A stretch of 16,542 bases of DNA from Paraspadella gotoi (lineage: Eukaryota > Animalia > Chaetognatha). The notes beneath the pieces are model-generated. The model searched no databases and was not told where the DNA came from. It worked only from the letters and a program-made list of their open reading frames with translations. How positions within the stretch are numbered: the stretch's first letter is position 1; every line of letters begins with the position of its first letter. A program made the translations under genes and the position numbers. The stretch lies in the NCBI GenBank assembly GCA_051294375.1, contig CM119270.1:1462812-1479353 (forward strand), in the 5' to 3' direction. Shown one piece after another: positions 8,339 to 16,542 of the stretch.

Positions 8339-10098
8339 TTAGTAAATGCTTTGCTTTATTTTTAGATACTTTATATCATTTATAGAAAAATTTAAAAAGT
8401 TTCCCACAGAATTGGGACAGATCCACTTAAATATTATTCCGTACCTAATGATAATATAGAAAATATCTTTATCGTTTTAGTAAATACCTAGAAAAATTCG
8501 TAGGTTTTTTAGGAAAAAAACAATTTAAGTACAAAATATATGTTTTGTCTCGAAATAAAATCGCTAATTATAAAATAGAAAGCTGGAAAAATAACAGTGG
8601 CACGATGTTCCTGTAGCGACTACTAAAATTGTCACTTTAAACCCGAGGCATTAGTTCGACAATAAACAATCAGTTCTACTTTTTATTATTTTTGTTTTTT
8701 TATTTTTTTGCGGAATTTTTTTGTTGAATTTTTTTTTAATGAGTACTTTTTTATGAATTTTTTGGTAACTGCTTTTTTTTTTTTTTGAGCAGCAATTTTT
8801 TTTTCTACGTATTTACAAATTACATATATATTCGAGATAAACGCAAGAAGTTTAAGCTTGCGTAAGAAATCAAATTGCCGTAATAATCAAAAAAATACGA
8901 AAAAATACGGGCCACGCTACAATTGTTAAGACAACTTGAACAGAACAAGTTTAAATATTGTATAGCGCGTATGAATTCAAATAAGGACGACTGATATTTT
9001 ATCTAACATTCTTTGACAAAAAAAAAAAAATTGTTGACATTCCCGAAAATAAAAATTCTGTTTACCAAACAAAACACCCTTACAATCAGCACCCCTAGAA
9101 ACGCCGTTTCATAGTTCAGTATTAGCAAGCAGTAAAAAAACCCATCAAGTAAGAAACTCCTAGAAACTCGGCGAGCCCAATTAAACTATCCCATAGAGTC
9201 ATTAAAAAAAGAATATTTTGGAAGGTTTTTCCTTTCAAAAGCTTGTCAGGAAATTAATTAGATGGAAAGTACGAAATAGTTATATTTGGAAGAAGTACGA
9301 AAATAAAGCGAAACCATAAACGGTGATTAGCTACAACTAGCTAGGGCTCAGGTCCGACGAGAAAAGTAGCAAAAAAAAACTGAGGTCAAAATAAGCAGTA
9401 GAGGGTTATTTGAGAAAAGACGAAGTATCTCACTTTCCCTTTACTGATATAAGTCGCGCGGCGAATATGAAATTAAACTGATAGAGTTTCACACCAAGTA
9501 TTGTAAATTACATAAGGCGCGAAAGAAGTATTTAAAGTATTTATAATATACATTTCGGACGGGGTCAAATAAAAAAAAAATTACGCAGCGAGAAGCTAGG
9601 AGGGGAAAAAATATAAATTCGTTAGGATCGGGGCCGTAATAATTGGAGCTAAGGCAGGGCTTCACGGATAGAGAGGCTTAATAACAAGGAGCGGCGCCTC
9701 AGTTAGCGGGACTAATTGTTTGGAAACGGGAGGCATTATCCAAAGAAGCAACGTCTTCATTTATAATAGCGCGTTCTCAAAATTAACTGAGCGAAAGTAC
9801 GTTGAAGCATAAGTTAACTAACGGCGTAGCGGCCATTTTCCGGATTATGAATTAAGCTAAAAATATTAGAGCATATACAGGGCTACTATAATCAGATGCG
9901 AAACTTTGCACCTTCCCGTCTCTGTAAGCGCCATCTGCGGAGCGCGGGCGCGCCGCAACCCCATCTGCCAATATCCCAACCAACCCCTTAAAAAAAGTGG
10001 CGCCGTCTTCTCACTGTCCGCTCCGAATCTCTTCGAATTCCGCGCCTGAAAACGAGGCTGAACTTTCTTATCCGGCAAAATCGGCGCGACTCCTCCAT
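8339..10098 (-). pseudogene. Leucine-rich-repeat class A GPCR (glycoprotein-hormone receptor/LGR-like), apparently intronless, with multiple frameshifts and stops in this assembly
   Basis: Hand translation gives the motifs in the correct order. ATG at 10098 after a (CAA)n leader. LRR-like pieces FRALCNLQYLV-NSISLIS and EILRLFSNNPL (9520-9400). TM1 LWFRFIFVLLPN (cf. FSHR WFISILAITGN). TM2 NILFLMTLWDSLIGL (cf. LAFADLCIG). Long ECL1 ending NYETA..RGADCK (cf. NYAIDWQTGAGC). TM3 end R-NISRP. TM6 KVTILVVATGTSC/PLLFFQLS (cf. [23 protein letters not shown]). TM7 CPNSVGNFL (cf. PINSCANPFL). TAA at 8339-8341 overlaps AATAAA. FSHR motifs are recalled from memory, not aligned. Confidence 0.65.
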
Positions 10099-10130
10099 TG
10101 TTGTTGTTGTTTGCTAGCGCCAGGAGGGAA

Positions 10131-11720
10131 TTAAAAGATGGCTCTGTTGTCGCTTCTGACGCGCGGCGTTGGCGGTACCGCCTTAACCGACAGCGGCGGC
10201 GTACGGCGACAAATTAGGAACATTGACCGAAAGTTTGAGCCGAAAATAAACACGTAGCGCGCCCACGGCTGCGTATGAAGATCGAGGAGAAGGACTGTCG
10301 CCAGTCTTCGTGGCGACAAACCGACACCGGCGCCGTTTTGACCGACACAGCGCCACTGATTTTTTGCCCGACACCGGCGCCGCATTCTCTCTGTTCGGTG
10401 GACATTGAGAAAAAGAGAAGCTAAACGATCGGCAGCTCGACCGACGCGGCGGCGCTGAAGCTGCTGCCTGGCGGGCGAAACTGCTGTTGACGCTGATTGT
10501 CGCCGCCAGCAGCCAGCCGCCGCCGCGCGGGAAAACATCTCCGCCATCCCGCGATCGAAGTCTCCGCGGCGATCGTGCCCACCTCCGCCGTCGGTAGGGC
10601 GTCTGTCTGCGGCGTCGCGGAAGGGCGCTGGAAGAGACGACTGGGACCGACGAGGACGAGGCGGTCGTCGGGCAGAAGTGACCGACGCGCCGTACTGGAA
10701 ATGGTTATCCACGAACATCGTGGCGTCAACGAAAGTCCGCCCGTCGGTCCGGCGGTGGACGAAGGGCCGGCGGGTTAGAAGTGGTTGCGTTCGAAGTGAG
10801 AGATTGATGGTGTTGATGTGGAAGAGTGGCGGGAACGGTGTGTTGGAATGCGTGGGCCGATGGATCCGTGACAGTGGTTGTGGCTGGAGGAAGAGTTTGG
10901 AGAGATTGCTGGAGTGAGGAGAGAGTAGGCTGGGAGTAAGAGGAAGAGTTGACATGATCCGCTGGATGGTGTTGTGCAGCGGGATAATTGGACGGACGTG
11001 TGGACGGACGTGTTGGCTGGATTTGTCGGGCGGCCGTTCGGGCGACGGGATGGGCGGATATTGCCCGCGGGCGAATTAGACTGCGTAACGGACGTGGACG
11101 AGTGTAGAAAAGCGCGCACGCGTTGTAGTGGAGAGATTGAGCCCGGCGCCCGTAGCGCCGCTCGACGCCGCGTATCGGCGAATTTCCCGACGCACCGCAA
11201 AAGCCGCGTTCCGTGCCGATTGGACCGAGAGACGAAGTTTCCATCGGCGAATTAAACGCCCGGAAAATCGTAGGCGGAAACGGCCGCCCTTCTTTGATGA
11301 GAAGCGGAACTAAAAGCCGCCGTTGTTTCGAGCGGCACCGGGCCGTCGCCGGCGACGGACGAGAGGATAGGTGAAATCGACGCATGACGAAGAAGAAGAA
11401 GAGAGCGAGGTGCGGTGGGCGGGCGAGCGTGCGCGAGTGCTGGTGTGTTTCCGGTTGACGCCACGAGGGAATCGTAGGGGGCGCTGCCAAATGCATCCTT
11501 GACGTGGCGGACGCGTGGTCGGCGCTCGGCCGGAGGAGGCGTTTGGTCGGAAAAGGTGAGGTTGTTGAAAGGAGATGAGGGCGCTGGCGGCGGGGGTAGA
11601 GGTGCAAGCGGGGTGAGCGGGGGTTAAGGTTGCTGAGGGAGTGAAGCTGGTTTATAGGGAGAGTTAGATTCGAGGTGAGGTTACTTTATCAGTTTCAAGG
11701 TTTTTAGGACGAATCAATTA
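10131..11720 (-). CDS. Large GC-rich, Pro/Ser/Thr/Ala/Arg-rich low-complexity protein, frameshifted
   Basis: Overlapping long minus-strand ORFs (10131-10955, 10726-11607, 11252-11464) in a sharply bounded GC-rich block, with segments such as LAPLPPPPAPSSPFNNL and SQPTLSSLQQSLQTLPPATTT. The true frame path is uncertain. Confidence 0.5.
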
Positions 11721-11855
11721 AAAGCGTAAGTCAGGAGTTAAAAGAGTAAATAAATAAATAATAATTGTATATGTACATATTGTAATAGTTGCAGCGAAAA
11801 AAATTTCTATCAATATAGAAAGCCGTGTTAAATACTAGAATTTATGTTGGCGTAA

Positions 11856-12420
11856 CTAAAGGCCTAAATATGACGGTTTTTTAAAAATGTATGGTTCATT
11901 TGCACGTTTGCTTACCCTTGCTTGCAGAAGGATGTTGGCGGCCAGCGAAGAGAGCCTGGCACCGCGTTGCGAGACGTGGCCGAGGAAAGGAAGAAAGTCT
12001 CGGCGACATAAGAGGAAGAGAGGGGGAGCTGGGGAGTTGGAGAGGGAGGGAGGGCGGGAAGAGGGCGGAGAGGGGGAAGAGGATGAGGGTAAGAGGTGAT
12101 GAGTGGTTAAAGTGGGAGGGGGAAAAGAGGGAGCGCGGAAGCAAGCATGGGAGAAGACTAAGGGAAGAAAGAGATTTTTCGATAAAATCACTTAGTCAAA
12201 AGTGAAAAGAATTCCACTTACAATTTATTCAATTACCCTCCGGCGGAGAATCCGCCGCCGCGCTGATGCTGCTGAAGGTTAGGCGAGACGAGTGGCGCGC
12301 CGCCTCGGCAGGCGGCGCGGCGCGCTGCTCGGAAGGGAAAAGTTATCTTGACGGCGTCGCGCAGCGGAGCGGCAAAGAGTAAGTGGCCTTGGGGAAGAGT
12401 GAGGGCGGGAAGTGAAAAAA
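11856..12420 (-). other. Possible small gene or fragments with a Pro/Ser-rich linker
   Basis: GC-rich block 12240-12400, a purine tract at 12010-12170, and ORF 11856-12191 with a more complex C-terminus (FLPFLGHVSQRGARLSSLAANILLQARV). Confidence 0.25.
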
Positions 12421-12674
12421 AAAGCGACTTTTATTAAGTCACACATGGACACCAATAAGGCACATAATATAAATAAATGTAAATAAAATCAAAATATAAA
12501 TGTCTATGCTAAAAAGTCCAAAAATGGGCCTGATGGCCGCAGATGGCCGCAGATGATCCTGAAGGGAGATGGCCCATCAACGTCACCATAAAGTCATTAA
12601 TATTAACACGTTATAACCCACTTAATAATTTTCCTTTTCTCTCTCTCTCTATTATCTCTCTCTCTCTTATATCT

Positions 12675-13268
12675 TTATATATCTCTATATATATATCTCT
12701 CTCTCTCCTCAAAACCCGGCGATCGATGCAGAATCTGAGGTTCCAGCGTCCGCCGCTCAACAAATGAGACGACCTCTCCTCTTTCGAGAATGCAGCATGT
12801 GCCTCTGTCTTGGCCAAAAGGTTGCGGCTGAGATGAACCAACCGATTGCTGTTGGTTGGCCTTTGCAGTTGTGCCACCGTGCGGGAATGGCCCTGCTAGA
12901 GTGAAGGAGAGTTTTAGAATATGACTTTCTAATGTATTTAAACCCTAAAATGTTAAAGAAATATGACGTTAATTTCACAAATAACTTACCAAAAACAGAA
13001 AACTTAGTCCGTTCATATTCCCCTCACCTGCCAGCAGGCTGGTGACGGAGGCATACCCCAGCCGCAAGCAGTCCTCGGGAATGTCCCAGTCAGTTCCCGC
13101 CAAATAAATCCTTCTCCAGCGAATCTTAAACCGAACGCAGTTGCCGATGTCGCGGCGTTGCTTACTTTGTCCTTGGTCAAGGATAATTGCGAATAAGTTT
13201 TGGCACAACAAATCTGTAGAGGCGACGGCTCTACGCAGAGGGAAATCGCTTATAGGGGGAGGAAACAA
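12675..13268 (-). CDS. Two-exon hypothetical protein (intron 12945-12989)
   Basis: A 45-nt intron GTAAGT...TTTTAG removes the in-frame stop of ORF 12975-13268 and joins it in phase 0 to a 90-codon frame (GLNTLESHILKLSFTLAGPFPHGG...GTCCILERGEVVSFVERR...) ending TAA at 12675-12677. The true start is unclear. Confidence 0.6.
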
Positions 13269-13706
13269 GAAGACAAACGATCAATAATTACGTAATAATA
13301 ATAACGTAATCATGAATAATATCATGCATGCTTAATGTTACCCACGAAAAGTTAGGCCATTGATGAAAGATTAAGAGAAAATAAATATTTTACTCCTAAG
13401 CATCGAACATGAGGATCACAACACAATATGAAATCGTATTCCATTCTTGAAATATACAAGACTGATGAGAGAGACAGTGTTCAAATTCTATATATTAATG
13501 GACATAATGATAACATCTAAGTGAGACTGCCAAACCCTTAAAAGTTTAATCAAGCTTCTCCCGAGTAGGCCAAGGCTCCCCAGAGTGCAAGACTTCCCAC
13601 GGATTTGCAAAATTATATTAACCGTCAACGACCCGTAACAAGTTAAAATAAATGAAGATTTAATAGATTAAAAGGAAATAAATAGGTTTTACAAACAATA
13701 CGAAAA

Positions 13707-14940
13707 TCATTTATATTGAATTCTTAAAGTCAGCTTACTATTTTTAAGAAGCGAACTTACTTCGGGACGAGGATTCCGGCCGGCAGTCCATCCGACGACC
13801 CATTCGAGTTGGCCGGACGAGTCGCTGGCGACGACTGCACGAAGGGCGACATCTCGCGGAGAGTTGAATGAGATCCAACCTGAGGGGGAAGAGAAGGGGA
13901 ACGAATGATGGAGAGAGGACGAGATGAAAGAAGGGAGGAGAAGGGAGAGGAAGAAAGGGGAACGGACGAGGCAGAGAGGAAGGGGGAGAAAGCAGAGGGA
14001 AGGGAGGGGGACATGAGCGAGGCAGAGAAGGAGAAGGGGAACAGGGGAGGAGAGGGACGGACGACAGGGGGAAAGGAGGATAGAGGAAGGGGGAGAAGAG
14101 GGAAGGGAGGAGAGAAGGCGAGGAAGAGGGAGAAGGGAGGAGAGATAGGAGGAAGAGGAGAAGGGAGCGAGGAAGAGGTCGAGGAAGAGGGGGAAAGGAG
14201 GAAGAGAGGAAGGGAGGAAGAGAGGAAGCAGGGGAAGGAGGTGGGGAAGGGGGAGCGAAGAGGAAAAGGGTAAGGCGAAGAAGAGGGGCGAAGGGAAGTA
14301 GAGAGGGGAGGAAGAGGGGAAGGGGGAGGAAAGAGGTGAAGGGAAGAAGGAGGGGAGAGGAAGAGAGGAAGAGGCGGGAAGGGAAAGAGAGGGGAGGAGA
14401 AGAGGGGAAGGGGGTAGGAAGAGGGGAAGAGAGGGGGCAAGCTGTTTACTACTTAATGTACTAACCATTTATTCCAGGCTCACTTTCCCTCCCTCTCTAT
14501 CTCTCTCTCTCTCTCCCTCTCTCTCTCTCACCTTCTGCCCGAAGGCTGTTCGTATCTCAATCTTCAGATCCAGCCCGCGCCCGTGGCCACCACATCCGCG
14601 GGGTTCCATCATGACACGGCCACCCTCGCGCCCGACGCCAACACCCTCCCGCGGTCGACGAGGGTTGACGAGGCTTCCTGAGAGCGCGACTCTCGAACTG
14701 ACAAGGCAGTTTAGCTGGATCTTGATGGAGTTGGCAGATGATATCGAGGAGCTGCGGGTAAGCCTCGACCTCGAAATCGTCCTCTTGATGGCGGTGGAAA
14801 GAGTTAAAGGAAGAAGAGTTTGGTTTGAATGATGTAGTTGAATAGGAAAAGGGATTTGACGCTGAGATTTTTAAACCGTTATTTTTACAGTTTTTATAGT
14901 CACGATTATTATTGACTTTAATTTTTAATAAAGCTAACAC
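13707..14940 (-). CDS. Putative spliced gene with a long Pro/Ser-rich low-complexity exon
   Basis: ORF 14557-14940, a candidate 42-nt intron GTGAGC...AAACAG (14483-14442), long open frames across the purine tract ending in a GC-rich segment, and a GTAAGT donor near 13760. Confidence 0.35.
13883..14440. repeat. G/A polypurine low-complexity tract (~560 bp)
   Basis: GAGGAAGAGG and GGGAAG units, with pyrimidines nearly absent on the plus strand. Confidence 0.92.
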
Positions 14941-15076
14941 TCATTATTTTTTCAGAGAACAATTATTTTTTTAAGAATTATAACAGTCATTTTTTTAATT
15001 TTTATGTTTACAGGCACCGCGCATCTCCACATAAAAAGGCTTAATTTTCATCGCCAACGCTCAAAGATATTAGTTA

Positions 15077-15702
15077 TTACCCCCAGAAGCGGAACAAAAA
15101 TGTTTTTTTTTCTTCAAATATTTCGACCTTTAGTTGGTCCGTCTCATCAGTGGTTAAAATAGAAAAAAGGAGACAATTTGCCACCGTTTCACTGCAAATT
15201 GAGTTCCGGTGCTCCGTGATTTTTCTGTTGTAAGTCGGCATAAATCGATGACAAAGGAAGGCGTTGACTGGGCGACCGTCTTTACTAAGGAAAACCACTG
15301 AGGGACGATGACAAAGGAGAACGATGACGAAGGGACAAACGATGGACAGAGTAGCGGAGAACTGACCAAACACAAACCGGAACCAATCAAAACAAACCCG
15401 ACCAAAACAAAATCCCTGACCTGGATTTTAGCGAGGACAGCGATCATTTCCTTCTGCCGTCAATTGCAAGAATCTGTCTTCCCTTCTTCCCTCGAAGCAG
15501 ACGACGTTCGGGCAAACGCCCTCCAACACCTCGACCCAGTTTGTGAAGCCGTAGTCGGCCACTCGGCATTGACGACCTGGCTTGGGGGAGAAGACAGCGG
15601 CCGAACGGGAATGGGTAAGTTGAATGCAGGCTTAAGTGTTGGTTCCTTCCGCGATTCTCCCTCTTCGTTTCTTGGGGTTTTTTTGTAATGTTTTACTTCC
15701 AA
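15077..15702 (-). CDS. Spliced hypothetical protein (candidate intron 15362-15420)
   Basis: A 59-nt T-rich GTCAGG...GGTCAG intron joins MIAVLAKIQ in phase 0 to FSATLSIVCPF...FLFRFWG (stop at 15077). The upstream ORF 15460-15702 is in the same frame but separated by a stop. Confidence 0.45.
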
Positions 15703-16059
15703 TCCTTTTTACTTCTTTACCCTCTTTATGTTTCTTTTACCTCCTCTCTCTCTCTCTTTCTCTCTCTCTCTCTTCCCAACTCCGTACGCCTACCGAAAAT
15801 GATGTATTGATCTACACGAAGGAATCAAAACTTGTTAAAAACTATAGACATCTAGGGTATGTGCCGCAACAACTGCGACGACCTCTCGACCGAACTGCCC
15901 TCGTTTCTCGCCATTCTCTTACGGGCGTCTGCCTCGCGTTTTGGGAGAGAGAGCCAACATCCGGGGGAAGGAGAGGGAGTCGAAAGGTCGGGTAGTGAAG
16001 GGGAAGAGGAAGGATCTCGGGATTCTGTGCGGATTGATTACATCCGATGGTGCCTAAAA

Positions 16060-16240
16060 AATACATAAACAAAAATAAACAAAAATTAAATAAACAAAAA
16101 TAAACAAAAAATAATAAACAAAAATAAACAAAAAATAATAAACAAAAATAAACAAATAATAACAAAAATAAACAAAAAATAAACAAAAATAAACAAAAAA
16201 TAATAAACAAAAATAACAAAAAAATTAATAAAACAATAAT
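16060..16240. repeat. (AAACAAAAAT)n / (AAACAAAAAATAAT)n minisatellite
   Basis: Tandem 10- and 14-bp A-rich units. The FCLF repeats of ORF 15842-16219 derive from it. Confidence 0.92.
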
Positions 16241-16445
16241 TCATCCATATATACGCATCAGGGCAAAAACGACAATTTTTATTTTTTTCTCCACAATGTA
16301 AAACTCAGCGATCTATAGTGACGTACAAATGCCAAAAATGCGTGTCGAAACCCTTACCCTGGTAATTCCTTCGCCAGCGCGCTCGAGCGAATCTGCGACT
16401 TCCGTAATCAACTCTTCTTGNNNNNNNNNNNNNNNNNNNNNNNNN

Positions 16446-16542
16446 CGAGAGTGAGAGAGCGAGAGAGCGAGCGAAAGACAGATAGTTATTCATTCTCCCC
16501 ATTCCATAAAACACGTTTACCATCCAGAGTGCATTTGTAGTT
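16446..16542. repeat. Copy of about 3590-3682, starting directly after an N gap
   Basis: Shared GAAAGACAGA..TAGTTATTCATTCTCCCCATTCC..TTTACCATCC.AGAGTGCAT.TTGTAGTT. The 3.6-kb copy carries extra inserted bases. Confidence 0.9.

Noticed and set aside
8820-8880. Amino-acid transporter (SLC36-like) suggested by LRKLKLLAFISNIC
   Set aside because: It is a single short resemblance. The ordered LRR, TM1-3, TM6 and TM7 motifs fit an LGR-type GPCR much better.
13905-14273. E/G/R/K-rich plus-strand ORF (also other plus-strand ORFs at 7791-8302 and 10497-11313)
   Set aside because: These are best explained as shadow frames of low-complexity or GC-rich minus-strand sequence.

Overview
Eukaryotic draft-assembly window with four N gaps. 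It is probably from a nematode, judged from the tRNA-Asp acceptor stem and short GT-AG introns; this is inference. Single-base indels are frequent, so most genes are frameshifted and are missed or split by the ORF track. An intact tRNA-Asp(GTC) in very AT-rich DNA (356-427) is followed by about 15.5 kb of tightly packed genes and gene fragments, nearly all on the minus strand and interleaved with long polypurine tracts. Reading across the frameshifts by hand gives three recognisable items: (i) an apparently intronless, divergent LRR-containing class A GPCR of the glycoprotein-hormone receptor/LGR type (8339-10098); (ii) a Kruppel-type C2H2 zinc-finger gene with TKEKPFKC linkers (about 1500-2000, partial second copy at 150-282); (iii) a possible ELM2 motif (about 6850-6960). 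There is also a roughly 72-bp tandem repeat with a mucin-like reading, and several orphan ORFs, some with 42-59 nt introns. Two segments recur next to gaps (1-282 matches 1376-1654; 16446-16542 matches about 3590-3682). The layout suggests an accessory region of an endogenous large DNA virus or giant mobile element carrying host-derived regulatory genes. No capsid, polymerase, integrase or transposase hallmark is visible here, so this remains a hypothesis.
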